Assembly (NCBI GenBank): GCA_963827655.1 | Contig: CAWHCF010000021.1 | Location: forward strand, 34,128 to 98,127 | Reading direction: 5' to 3' | DNA length: 64,000 bases | DNA from: an uncultured Acidobacteriota bacterium | GTDB taxonomy: Bacteria; Acidobacteriota; UBA6911 | Part shown: positions 1-10,286 of the stretch, piece after piece | Layout: each line of letters starts with the position of its first letter | Numbering within the stretch: position 1 is the first letter of the stretch | The notes under the pieces: generated by a model | Database searches by the model: none | The model's input: the letters and a program-made list of their open reading frames with translations, nothing else | Told to the model about the DNA's origin: nothing | Program-made: the position numbers and the translations under genes

Positions 1-1360
1 TGAAATACGCCCAGGTGAACTCCTCTTCTCGCGTCCAGCGCAGCGAAACAGGCCTCCCCGCAGCTTTGGACAGACGCGCCGCTTCGACGGCGGCCTCGCC
101 CGTGTGTCTGCCTCCGAATCCTCCGCCGGTGTCGGGCACCATGACCCGCACCCGGTCCTCAGACAGACGGAAGGCCTCTGCCAGTTCGCGCCGCACCCGC
201 TGAGGCTGTTGCGTTCCGGTCCAGACCGTGAGCCGGTCGTCCTGCCACTCGGCCACGGCGGCCCGAGGCTCCATGGGCGCATGCTGAATGAAGGCGATCT
301 CGTACGCGGCGCGGGCCACCTGTTTGGCGGAGGCCAGTCCTTCCTCGAGCGAGCCCCGGTTGCGGACGCGCGGCCTGCGCGGGCTCGATTCGTCTGTGAC
401 CGCCTTCTGCTTGAGATAGGAGAACAACTCCTTGCTGGAAGGATGGGACGTCCGTTTCCATGCGGCCGTGGCCAGAAGCGCATCGATGCCCTGCTGTGCC
501 TGAAACGACGTGGGAGCCGCGCAGCCGACGAAGTTGCCATCACGCGCCACGGCAACTCCTGTCATTGCTTGCGCCGGGGACAGATCGATACCGGTCAGAG
601 TAGCCCCGTACGCCGGAGGGCGCAGGACCTTGCCGTAAAGCATGTTGGGACGCAACACATCCGAGGGATAACGGTGAGCGCCGGTGACGATGTCGCGGCC
701 GCCGGCCTTTCGCACTGAAGTCCCCAGGACCTGCCAGCGGTCCACCGGCGTGATGCTCACGTCTTGAGCGATGCTTTGTTCGAAACGCTTGGCGAGATCG
801 GCCGATCGCGCTAACTCGCCATAGCTCAGGCTTCGCCCGGTGGCCGGATCGACGATCTTACCGGCTTCGACGCGTAATGCCTGGCGATCTGAACCCCACT
901 GCTGCCGGGCCAACTCGATCAAGATTTCGCGCGCCGCGGCGGCGGCCCTACGAACCGCAGGAACCGTGCTGGGCGTGGTGCGGCTGCCGGAAGTGCCGCC
1001 GTCATCGGGAACCTGCGCCGTGTCTGCCATCACCAGGCTGATGCGATCGACCGGAACCCTCAGCTCTTCGGCTGCCGCCTGCGCCAGCTGGGTGCGGGAA
1101 CCCTGGCCGACCTCGACCTTGCTCGTCAGGATAGTGATGGCGCCGTCGTTCGCGATGTGGAGTCGCGCGGAGACGCTTTCCTTCTCACGAGTGTTCTGAG
1201 CGGCAGCATCGCCGTCGGTTGCCAGGATCAGCAAGCCGGCGCCCGTCACGCCCAGAAAATCTCTCCGGCTGAAATCGAAGCGGTAGCGGCGGGCCTCACT
1301 CAGTTCGTAGCGTTCCGGCTCGAAGACACCGTCGGGTTCTTGGGAGTCTGGCATTCTCAT
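1..1360 (-). CDS. Xanthine dehydrogenase-family molybdopterin-binding large subunit (IorB-like); runs off the left edge
   Basis: Translated by hand from ATG 1360, which overlaps the upstream TGA: MRMPDSQEPDGVFEPERYEL...SRRDFLG...SKVEVGQGSRTQLAQAAAEEL...PDDGGTSGSRTTP...GGRHTGEAAVEAARL. Paralogous to 26428..28593. Confidence 0.9.
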   Translation of the reverse strand, partial: MRMPDSQEPDGVFEPERYELSEARRYRFDFSRRDFLGVTGAGLLILATDGDAAAQNTREKESVSARLHIANDGAITILTSKVEVGQGSRTQLAQAAAEELRVPVDRISLVMADTAQVPDDGGTSGSRTTPSTVPAVRRAAAAAREILIELARQQWGSDRQALRVEAGKIVDPATGRSLSYGELARSADLAKRFEQSIAQDVSITPVDRWQVLGTSVRKAGGRDIVTGAHRYPSDVLRPNMLYGKVLRPPAYGATLTGIDLSPAQAMTGVAVARDGNFVGCAAPTSFQAQQGIDALLATAAWKRTSHPSSKELFSYLKQKAVTDESSPRRPRVRNRGSLEEGLASAKQVARAAYEIAFIQHAPMEPRAAVAEWQDDRLTVWTGTQQPQRVRRELAEAFRLSEDRVRVMVPDTGGGFGGRHTGEAAVEAARLSKAAGRPVSLRWTREEEFTWAYF

Positions 1361-1845
1361 TCTCGCTTGGTCGTAGCTCTCATTTTCGCGGCTCGGCTGA
1401 CCGCCGAGAGAATGTTGGGGTAGCCGCAGCAGCGGCAAAGATTGCCGTTCATCCATTCGACGATTTGTTCCTGGCTTGGGTCCGGATTCTTTTCCAGCAG
1501 GCTGACGGCGCTCAGGATCATGCCCGGCACACAATAGCCGCATTGCATTGCGCCCTCGAGCATGAACGCCTCCTGGACAGGGTGCAGGGTGCCACCATGC
1601 GCCAGGCCTTCAATGGTGACGACGTCCTTGTTCTCGGCGCGCTTGAGCGGTACCAGACACGAAGTCACGGGCCTGCCGTCCATCAAGACCGTGCACGCCC
1701 GGCATTGGCCTTCACCACAGCCATACTTTGTGCCTGTGAGGTGCAGATCCTCCCGAAGCACGTCCAACAGCATTCGCTCCGGATTGGTCTTTACGGTTTT
1801 GGCGGTGCCATTGATCTTCAGGTTGATCTGGGCATCCACGGGCAT
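1357..1845 (-). CDS. (2Fe-2S)-binding small subunit (CoxS/IorA family)
   Basis: TGTKYGCGEGQCRACTV, QCGYC and NLCRC motifs. Start trimmed to ATG 1845 near GGAGG. Confidence 0.93.
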   Translation of the reverse strand: MPVDAQINLKINGTAKTVKTNPERMLLDVLREDLHLTGTKYGCGEGQCRACTVLMDGRPVTSCLVPLKRAENKDVVTIEGLAHGGTLHPVQEAFMLEGAMQCGYCVPGMILSAVSLLEKNPDPSQEQIVEWMNGNLCRCCGYPNILSAVSRAAKMRATTKRE

Positions 1846-2069
1846 CCCTCCAGGAAAGGGAAAGACTGCCATGTCTGAGGCAGGACTGGCAGATGACCGG
1901 CAAAGATCCCTCCGCATGATGCGAAGATTGGTGAATTATACAATCGCACCAGCCACGCCTACAACGAGCTTCTTTTCCCCTCCGGGGCTGCTTCCCGGCA
2001 AGCGGCGTCCGCATCCCGAGATTCGTAAGACCAGGGGAAAAGTGATAAGGTGTGTGAGAAAGGGCTCTC

Positions 2070-2441
2070 ATGAAACATACGCCTGAAGAAATCCGGCGGA
2101 TTCTTTTGAGGCTGCGGGCCGAGATGCTCTTGTACCTTGGACGCACCGAGCAGGATACTCTCTTCTGCCATCGCTGCCTGCTGCCTCTCCCCGAAGGTGA
2201 GTTTGAGTCTTATAGCTTTTGCCCCTGGTGTTCGATGTCTCTGACTGGCTGTGCCCCGCGATATGACGAGTCCCGGAGGATCATCGAAAACGAGCGGGGT
2301 AATCAAACCGAGATTCAATGCGGTGAATGCGGAGGCGAATATGAGCAACCGGCGCGTTATCCCTTTAGGTTTTGCGCCCACTGCGGCGCCCCCTTTGCCG
2401 CGGAGGATGAGCTGGTCATTGTATTACCCTTCCAGGTCTGA
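2070..2441 (+). CDS. Small double zinc-ribbon-like protein
   Basis: Four CxxC pairs (CHRC, CPWC, CGEC, CAHC) in 123 aa. A paralogous copy downstream supports that it is coding. Confidence 0.7.
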   Translation: MKHTPEEIRRILLRLRAEMLLYLGRTEQDTLFCHRCLLPLPEGEFESYSFCPWCSMSLTGCAPRYDESRRIIENERGNQTEIQCGECGGEYEQPARYPFRFCAHCGAPFAAEDELVIVLPFQV

Positions 2442-2587
2442 ATGCCGCGAGCCGTCGTCGCAAGAGAGGGCCCAGCAGTCTGAAAAGCGCCGGACGCGTG
2501 TCTAATCGATTTCGGTGGCAAGCTCACAATCCGGGGCACGGATAGGAACATCGATAAAGTCTGGGCGGCCGCCACGCCCGTGATGGG

Positions 2588-2629
2588 CAATCAGCTGTCA
2601 GCTCTCAGCCTTCAGCAATCAGCGGTCAG
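2588..2629 (+). repeat. Six tandem heptamers CNNTCAG
   Basis: caatcag ctgtcag ctctcag ccttcag caatcag cggtcag. Confidence 0.85.
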
Positions 2630-2819
2630 GCCGGCGAAAAAGCCGAGTCGCACTTCTAGTCGCGCCCGGCTAACTTACCGCTTCAGTCGCTACTCCCTGC
2701 GGGTGCAGGTGCAGCCCGACAAATCCCAACCGACTCGCGTCCTGGTAGCGTCGGCAAGAATCGTGGGAGCCAAGGACTATGAACCGCTGATAAGATGTGT
2801 CTAGGAAAATGGGCTCCTT

Positions 2820-3105
2820 ATGAAATATAATTCCGAAGAAATCCGGCGCCTCCTTCTGAGGCTCCGGGCTAAGATGTTGTGGTACCTTGGGCGCACCGAG
2901 CAGGATATTCTCTCTTGTGATCGCTTCCCGAAGGTCCCGGAGGATCACCGAGAACGAATGGGGCGATCAAAGCGAGATCCAATGCGGCGAATGCAGAGGC
3001 GAGTATGAGCAACCCGCACGTTATCCCTTTCGGTTTTTGGCTCACTGCGGCGCTCCGATTGCCGCTGAGGATGAACTCATCATTGTCTTACCCCTCCGTG
3101 TTTGA
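2820..3105 (+). pseudogene. Degenerate, internally deleted paralog of the 2070..2441 zinc-ribbon gene
   Basis: MKYNSEEIRRLLLRLRAKMLWYLGRTEQD... and ...EIQCGECRGEYEQPARYPFRFLAHCGAP... lie in different frames, and the segment with the CPWC motif is missing. Confidence 0.8.
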
Positions 3106-3503
3106 ACGCCTTCTCACAGGTGTTCGTTTCAGTGAATACTCGGTGCGCCGAACTTGGTGGAGGCACCAAAGGCACCGGCCTCTCGAGCAGATGAAGGCCT
3201 AACTGCGGCGACCGCGGCTACAGTACGTTTCCCACGAGCAGGCCCGGCTTGTTGAAGAGCACCTCCGGCGCCTGCCTATCTGACGAAAATCCGTCGTGAT
3301 CCGAGCCAGAGAGCTCGCTTGGATGTGTTTTTACCTAAATGGCTCAAGAATAGAATTTTATATAGAGCTCTTTTCACGGGTCACGGGGAATTCTTTTGAT
3401 ATGACACTAATTCCGGTCCGGGTGCCGGTTATTAAAGCTCTTTCATGATTTACAGGTCATCGATAGAGGACTTCATTCGCACTTTATACTAACAGGAGCG
3501 CTC

Positions 3504-6101
3504 ATGTCGCCGATCGAGATTTCTCTCGACTGTGCAATCCAAGAAGCATCATCTTCGGTTCCAAACAAATTCGGAGTCGACCGACAAACGGGAGGTACTA
3601 GAAGGCCCAGGGTAAAGGGGAAGTTTCTTTTTGCTGGAGATGAAAAGATCTGGGTCCGTGGCGTCACTTACGGGCCATTTCGCCCGGACGCAACGGGAAG
3701 CGCATATCACGATCGGGAAGTTGTCGAGCGTGATTTCGCCCAAATCAAGGCCAACGGAATGAACGCGGTGAGAACGTACACCGTGCCGCCGCGCTGGTTG
3801 CTTGACATCGCACATAGAAATGGCCTTTACGTGATGATCGGTCTCCCCTGGGAACAACATGTGGATTTCCTCGACAACAGAGCGGGGGCGCGGTCGATAG
3901 AGGACAGGCTGCGACGCGGTGTGTACGCCTGCGCTGGCCACTCGGCAGTTCTCTGCTATGCGATCGGCAACGAAATCCCGAGCCCCATTGTGCGCTGGAT
4001 CGGCCGCCGCTGCACCGAGCGATTTATCGAACGGTTGTGCCGGTCTGCGAGAAAAGAGGACCCCGGCGCTCTCTTCACCTATGTCAACTATCCCTCGACC
4101 GAGTATCTCCAGCTTCCTTTTATCGATCTGGTTGCGTTCAACGTCTATCTTGAATCTCAGGAAAGTCTCGAAGCCTATCTCGCTCGCCTCCACAATCTGG
4201 CCGGGGACCGGCCGCTTCTTGCCGCGGAGATCGGCCTCGACAGCCTTCGTCATGGCCAGCATGCGCAGGCGCGGGCCCTCGATTGGCAGGTCCGGGCGAT
4301 TTTTTCGGCAGGCTGCGCGGGTACTTTCGTCTTTTCCTGGACCGACGAGTGGCACCGCGGGGGCCATGATATTGAAGACTGGAAGTTCGGACTTGTCAGT
4401 CGAAACCGCCAGCCCAAGCCCGCGCTGGCGGCTGTGCGTAAGGCTTTCGCTGAAACCCGGCTTTCCTCGGATGTCGATTGGCCCCGAATTTCGGTAGTGG
4501 TATGCAGTTACAACGGAGCGCGCACCATCCGCGGCTGCCTCGAAGGATTGCGAAAGGTTCGATATCCAAATTTTGAAGTCATCGTGGTAGATGATGGATC
4601 AACCGACTCAACCGCTGAAATTGCGGACGAGTACGGGTTCGTAGTCATACGTACCGAAAATCGCGGCTTATCAAGCGCCCGTAACACCGGGATGGAAGCA
4701 GCAACCGGCGAAGTCGTCGCTTACATTGACGACGACGCCTCCCCCGACTCTGACTGGCTTACCTATCTGGCCACCACGTTCATGCGGACCAAACACGTCG
4801 CTGTTGGTGGCCCCAACATCGCTCCGGAGAACGATGGATTTATCGCCCATTGCGTGGATCAATCCCCAGGGAATCCGGTTCATGTTCTTTTATCGGATGG
4901 AGAGGCCGAGCACCTTCCCGGATGCAACCTGGCGATCCGCAAAGCCGCCCTCCAGGCAATCGGTGGCTTCGACCCGCAGTTTCGTACGGCCGGCGACGAC
5001 GTCGACGCGTGCTGGCGGTTGCAGCAAAAGGGGTGGACTCTGGGATTCTCACCTGCTGCCATGGTCTGGCACCATCGCCGTAATTCGATTCGCCAGTTCT
5101 GGAAGCAGCAATTGAATTACGGCAGAGCCGAGGCGATGCTGGAAAGAAAATGGCCGGATAAGTATAACGGCGCTGGTCACCTCACCTGGGTGGGACGAGT
5201 CTACGGGAATGAACTCCAGTTTACCCTGGGGCTAAGGGACCGAATATATCACGGCACTTGGGGCAGCGCTCCGTTTCAGTCTCTTTACCAGCCTGCCCCG
5301 AGCTTGCTCGCGGCCCTTCTAACACTGCCGGAGTGGTATCTGGTCAACATAGCTCTCGTTGCTCTCTCAGGGATCGGCATTCTCTGGAAGCCTTTCCTTA
5401 TGGCGCTGCCCATGCTGGGCCTCTCCGCTGGCTTGCCCTTTATCCACGTCGTGATACGTGTAGCTCGCCTGAGGTGTAAGACCAAGCCTCAGAGATATTT
5501 TCATCGGCTTAAATTCCGGCTGGTCACCGCTTTCGTCCATATGTTGCAGCCGCTGGCGCGGCTGTATGGGCGTCTCATGTGGGGTTTGACACCGTGGCGG
5601 CGCAGCCTCACCGGGTTTTACCCTCCCTGGCCCAGTGGATTCACGCTCTGGAGCCAGCGCTGGCAGGCCGCCGAGGAAAGACTTCAATTACTTGAGGCTA
5701 CACTACGCACAGAGCGTGCGGTCGTGCTGCGCGGCGGCGCCTATGACCGATGGGATCTTGAAGTCCGCGGTGGTTTTGTCGGAGCGACCCGAACCCAGAT
5801 GGTGATTGAAGAGCATGGCGCGGGCCAGCAGTATATCCGCTTTCGCTTCTGGCCTCGCTGTTCCCCTATCTGGGTGGTGTTCACAACTCTATTTGCTTCC
5901 CTGTCCGCCTGGGCGGCGCTCGACCAGGCCTGGTCGGCTTCTGCGTTGCTGGCGACAATCACGGTCCTGATGGCACTTCTCCTGGTACGAGACTGCGCCG
6001 CCGCGACCGACGCCCTCACCCGCGCCGCCAGACAATTAAGAGATGACAATGCGAGCGCTTGCCGCTCACAAGGAATACTGGAGCGAGGAGAGCCCGCATG
6101 A
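3504..6101 (+). CDS. GH2-type TIM-barrel domain fused to a family 2 glycosyltransferase, with a C-terminal membrane region
   Basis: N-terminal NAVRTY...IGNEIP...AEIG TIM barrel. GT2 motifs ISVVVCSYN, VVDDGSTD, YIDDDA, AGDDVD and WKQQLNYG. Hydrophobic C-terminus. Confidence 0.85.
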   Translation: MSPIEISLDCAIQEASSSVPNKFGVDRQTGGTRRPRVKGKFLFAGDEKIWVRGVTYGPFRPDATGSAYHDREVVERDFAQIKANGMNAVRTYTVPPRWLLDIAHRNGLYVMIGLPWEQHVDFLDNRAGARSIEDRLRRGVYACAGHSAVLCYAIGNEIPSPIVRWIGRRCTERFIERLCRSARKEDPGALFTYVNYPSTEYLQLPFIDLVAFNVYLESQESLEAYLARLHNLAGDRPLLAAEIGLDSLRHGQHAQARALDWQVRAIFSAGCAGTFVFSWTDEWHRGGHDIEDWKFGLVSRNRQPKPALAAVRKAFAETRLSSDVDWPRISVVVCSYNGARTIRGCLEGLRKVRYPNFEVIVVDDGSTDSTAEIADEYGFVVIRTENRGLSSARNTGMEAATGEVVAYIDDDASPDSDWLTYLATTFMRTKHVAVGGPNIAPENDGFIAHCVDQSPGNPVHVLLSDGEAEHLPGCNLAIRKAALQAIGGFDPQFRTAGDDVDACWRLQQKGWTLGFSPAAMVWHHRRNSIRQFWKQQLNYGRAEAMLERKWPDKYNGAGHLTWVGRVYGNELQFTLGLRDRIYHGTWGSAPFQSLYQPAPSLLAALLTLPEWYLVNIALVALSGIGILWKPFLMALPMLGLSAGLPFIHVVIRVARLRCKTKPQRYFHRLKFRLVTAFVHMLQPLARLYGRLMWGLTPWRRSLTGFYPPWPSGFTLWSQRWQAAEERLQLLEATLRTERAVVLRGGAYDRWDLEVRGGFVGATRTQMVIEEHGAGQQYIRFRFWPRCSPIWVVFTTLFASLSAWAALDQAWSASALLATITVLMALLLVRDCAAATDALTRAARQLRDDNASACRSQGILERGEPA

Positions 6102-6712
6102 GTCTCACGTTAAAGAGTATTTATCCCGTAAATCCAGACTACGGAGTTTATCAGGGGGTACCTATAGCCCGTTACTATATCGACAAATATATGGCGGCGA
6201 ATGCGTCAAAGATCTCCGGCAGTGTCCTCGAATTTGGCAGCCCGACGTACGCGGCAAACCTCAATTGCAGTTACGACATTGTGGACATAGATCGCAACAA
6301 TTCTGTTGCGAATGTGCACCTGGACATATGCGACGATCTGCGACGCGGATTCCCATCGAAGCAGTATGATTTTATAATCTGCACTGCGGTCCTCCAGCTT
6401 GTGTCCAACCCTCAGAAAGCTCTAGACAACATGCACGCTCTCTTAAACCCGGGAGGAGCGCTGATTCTGGCCGAGAAATGTCTGTCAAAAATGGATTCAT
6501 GGTTTGCTTCTGTCGATAGGTGGCGCTTCACGCCGAATGGGCTGCAGCTTCTGTTAGCGGCCTTCTCGCGCGTGCAAATAGCCTCGTTCGGTAACGTGTA
6601 CGCTATATGCGCTTACTTGCTTGGTATACCCGCAGGAGAGATAGAAAAGGATAAGCTGGATTATGTCGACCCTGAGTATCCTTTGGTGTCGATAGCCTAT
6701 GCCGAGAGGTAG
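6098..6712 (+). CDS. Class I SAM-dependent methyltransferase
   Basis: VLEFGS, YDFIICTAVLQ, LLNPGGALI and WRFT motifs. ATGA overlap with the upstream gene. Confidence 0.8.
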   Translation: MSLTLKSIYPVNPDYGVYQGVPIARYYIDKYMAANASKISGSVLEFGSPTYAANLNCSYDIVDIDRNNSVANVHLDICDDLRRGFPSKQYDFIICTAVLQLVSNPQKALDNMHALLNPGGALILAEKCLSKMDSWFASVDRWRFTPNGLQLLLAAFSRVQIASFGNVYAICAYLLGIPAGEIEKDKLDYVDPEYPLVSIAYAER

Positions 6713-7604
6713 CTTGTTCAAGAATGCTCAGGCTCCTCTGGACCTAACGACCTACGATGGCAGCGGCCAGTGCGTGCATCCAGACGTCATCGCCATCAAT
6801 CATGTCTTTTATGACTTCAAATACCTGATGGTGATGGAACCCTATCCGTTTGGCAACGATCTCTTTGAAAACCCCTCGCTGCTTTGCAGTGATGACGGAA
6901 TCACCTGGACTGTGGCTCCGGATACAGATTCGCCTCTCGTACCCCCGCCCCAGGACGGCCGCGGTTGGAATTCAGACGCAGATCTTCTCAATCAGCGGAA
7001 TCAACAGCTGGCACTCTACTATCGCTATAACAGCGGCGCCGGCGAAACGACCCTGTTCAGGGTCATTACCGCCAATGGCACCGAATGGAGCGAACCGGAA
7101 AGAATCCTCACTTGCGCCATTTCCGGACACTTTGCTTCCCCTGCTCTGGTCGCTCGCGATGGAGAATTCTACATGTTCTACGTGGACACCCTGCGAACCT
7201 CCATCAATCTCCTCAAGAGCACAGAGGGACGAAACTGGAAAGAAGAAGACCTGGCGTTCACGTTTCCGAACGTTTGGCATCTTGACGCATTGATTTCCGA
7301 TGGCGTCTTCTATCTTTTGATTAACGACAAACATCGTCTGTTTCTGGTCAAGAGCGATGATCTCAGGACCTGGTTTACCTATGACAAAGGCGAGCCGCAG
7401 GGAGAGTGTGGACGCTGGAGCAGCCTATCGGGCGCACCCCTGTTGTCTCCGCTGCTATCGCCGTCGCCGACTGGATGGGACGACGACTTTCTATACCGGA
7501 GTACCTTCTTGATCGAAAATGGCGTCCTGAGACTTTGGTACTCCGCCAAATCAAGTGCGAATGTCTGGAGAATCGGATACACAGATGGCCGGCTTTGCGC
7601 GTAG
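6699..7604 (+). CDS. Putative beta-propeller glycoside hydrolase-like protein
   Basis: HPDV, ENPSLLCSDDGITW (Asp-box-like), SDADL, repeated S.DG..W motifs and LWYSA. Confidence 0.6.
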   Translation: MPRGSLFKNAQAPLDLTTYDGSGQCVHPDVIAINHVFYDFKYLMVMEPYPFGNDLFENPSLLCSDDGITWTVAPDTDSPLVPPPQDGRGWNSDADLLNQRNQQLALYYRYNSGAGETTLFRVITANGTEWSEPERILTCAISGHFASPALVARDGEFYMFYVDTLRTSINLLKSTEGRNWKEEDLAFTFPNVWHLDALISDGVFYLLINDKHRLFLVKSDDLRTWFTYDKGEPQGECGRWSSLSGAPLLSPLLSPSPTGWDDDFLYRSTFLIENGVLRLWYSAKSSANVWRIGYTDGRLCA

Positions 7605-8454
7605 GAAGGTGATCGTCGGTTCCGTCGCCGTACCGCCCTATACCAACTACGGAAATCGGCTGATCGAAGAGTCGACCTTCAAGCTTCTAGCTTTACCGGA
7701 GTCGACCCCCAAGTTTTCGGTCTTTCAGAAAATGACCGATGAATTGCTGGAATTCATCAATTCGCATGAATACCTGATCATCACCGGATGCACGACTCTA
7801 CAGGATGATCCTGGTCACCAGGTTTGCTTTGACTCGCAGTTCGAAAAAATAAAGATCAGGAAGGTCTGCTTTGGGGGCGCCTTTTACTGCGAGTCGAACG
7901 ACAATCCTTCGTTGAGGATAGCGAGACTGTATGACACACCGATAGGCGCAAGAGATCCCTGGACTGCCGAATATCTGGCGAAGAATCACATCGAGTCCTG
8001 CCTGGTTGGCTGCCCGACATTGCTCGAAGGCGCCGATCTGGTGGATTGGAAAGATGATCCGAGCGGGTTTGTTCTGGTGTCCTCCTCCCCAGAACTGATG
8101 CTGGACTATTCCTTTCTTGATGGCAGACGTGTGAGATTCATCAAACACGATTCCTGGTCCCGCGGCGAAGAACTGAGGGATTCCAGTCTGTTCGAGGGTG
8201 CGTCACTCGTGATAACCGGGCGCCTTCACGCCGCCTTGCCCGCGTTGGCACGGGGGATCAGGGTCAGATTCTACGGTCAAGAATACTGGCATCCTGATGT
8301 TAAACCTTATTCGTGGGGGAATATGAGATATAGCCTGTTGCAATACCTGAAGCTCGATTTGGAGGGCAACGAATGCTCAGCCTACCCGGCAGCGCAGATC
8401 AGGCACCTGAGAGATAACTGCGAGAATTGGCTGCTGCAGGTCGCGCGCTCATGA
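7585..8454 (+). CDS. Polysaccharide pyruvyl transferase family protein
   Basis: NYGNRLI, GARD, GCPTL and VITGRLHAALPALA motifs. Confidence 0.75.
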   Translation: MAGFARRKVIVGSVAVPPYTNYGNRLIEESTFKLLALPESTPKFSVFQKMTDELLEFINSHEYLIITGCTTLQDDPGHQVCFDSQFEKIKIRKVCFGGAFYCESNDNPSLRIARLYDTPIGARDPWTAEYLAKNHIESCLVGCPTLLEGADLVDWKDDPSGFVLVSSSPELMLDYSFLDGRRVRFIKHDSWSRGEELRDSSLFEGASLVITGRLHAALPALARGIRVRFYGQEYWHPDVKPYSWGNMRYSLLQYLKLDLEGNECSAYPAAQIRHLRDNCENWLLQVARS

Positions 8455-10286
8455 ACCTCAAGACGAAGTCGGCTCTCTTTACCGGGGTACTTCCATATCT
8501 CTGGCCACACAGAACACAACTGGCGCTGTACCTCGGGATAACCTTCTCAGCCACGCTACTGGAGCTGCTGGGCCCCTGGCCCATGAAGATTCTGGTCGAC
8601 AGTGTCCTGGGAGACCACCCGCTGCCCGGCGCCTTAGAACAGATGGCCCGCCCGGTCCTGAACAATAGCAAAATCGCCCTTCTCGCCATCACGGTGCTGG
8701 CAGGAATCGGGCTGAAATTGGTGCTGTCGCTCCTGAAGGTTTGTAACTCATTCATTTCAGTGACGTGAGGCAGAAAATTGTTTTGGAGTTAAAGAGCACG
8801 CTCTTTTACCACTTACAAAATCAGTCTCTCAGCTTTTACGATCGCCGAAGACTAGGCGATATTGTGTCCCGGGTAAATAACGATGTATGGGGCATCGATG
8901 AGAGCATCCTTACTGTAATGCCTTTGATAGCGGCTTGTATCAGCTTAGCCGGGATGTTCTGGGTGATGGTTTACCTGAACTGGCAGCTGGCTCTCGTATC
9001 GTTGGCTATCGTGCCGTTGTTCTATGCCACGTATGGGTTTTATTCCAAACGTTTTGACGAGCAGGTAGAAGAGGTTCAGAGACTGGAAGGTGAATCCGTT
9101 TCCATCGTGCAAGAGGTTCTCGCGGGCCTTCGAGTAGTCAAGGCTTTCACGCGGGAGAAGCACGAACACTCGCGCTTCGTACGTCAAGGGCGCTCTGCGG
9201 CAGATGCCCGTATCAGGCTCACAAACCAGCAGGTCATATACTCCGCAACCGTCGGGTTAATCACCACGGCAGGCACATCCATAGTCCTGGGACTCGGTGC
9301 ATATCAGATCCTTCGGGGTTCTCTCACGCTGGGCGAACTACTGGTGATGTTGTCCTACCTCGCTTCCGTGTATGGGCCTTTGGAGTCTATTAGCACGGCC
9401 GCAACCTTTATGCATGGCTATCTGGCGAAGCTGAGGCGGATCTTTGAGATTCTCGACATCGCCTCCCGAGATCGAGGACAGACCGCGAGCCAAGGCTCTG
9501 CCCAGTGCGAAAGGAAGGGTGGTGTTTGAGAGGGTGAGTTTCGCCTATCCCGAACGGGAGTGCGTCTTGCGTGACATCAGCTTCAAGGTAGAACCGGGGG
9601 AGCTGATTGGAATTGTCGGACCGACGGGCGCCGGAAAGACTACGCTCGTGAGCCTGATTCCCCGCTTCTATGATCCCGTCGCAGGTCGCGTCCTTGTAGA
9701 CGACCGAGACGTCAGGGATGTCCGCGTCAAATCTTTGCGACGGCAGATAAGCAGCGTTCTTCAGGAGTCGATTCTGTTTTGGGGCACGATTCAAGAGAAC
9801 ATCCAGTATGGAAGGCTCGAAGCGACCCAGGAGGAGGTGATCGAGGCCGCCAAGCTCGCCAATGCGCACGAGTTCATCAGTCAACTCCCTGAAGGATATG
9901 CAACGCACGTCGGCGAGCGAGGTCTGACGTTGTCCGGAGGTGAGAAGCAGCGGCTCTCCATCGCACGCGCGTTTCTGAGAAATGCTCCGATACTGATTCT
10001 GGATGAACCGAGCTCGGCCCTCGATGCGCTGACAGAGTCTCAGCTGCTGGAAGCGATTGAGCGCCTCATGAAGGGTCGTACGACTTTTATTATCGCCCAT
10101 CGGCTCTCCACCCTTCGCAGTGCCAACCGGATTCTCGTGCTAGACCACGGCGAGATCGTTGAGCAGGGGGTCCACTCCGAGTTGATCGAGCGGGCCGGGC
10201 TCTATGAAAGCCTCTATCGACACCAGACCGAATTTGCCGGCGCGCAATCCCGTCCTGATTCGGAGCCGTCTCGAGGTGATTGGTGA
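8451..10286 (+). CDS. ABC exporter (MsbA-like TMD+NBD), split by two frameshifts near 8765 and 9462
   Basis: TM region, Walker A GPTGAGKT, signature LSGGEKQR, ILILDEPSSALD and IAHRLST. Three consecutive ORFs join into one protein. Confidence 0.88.
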
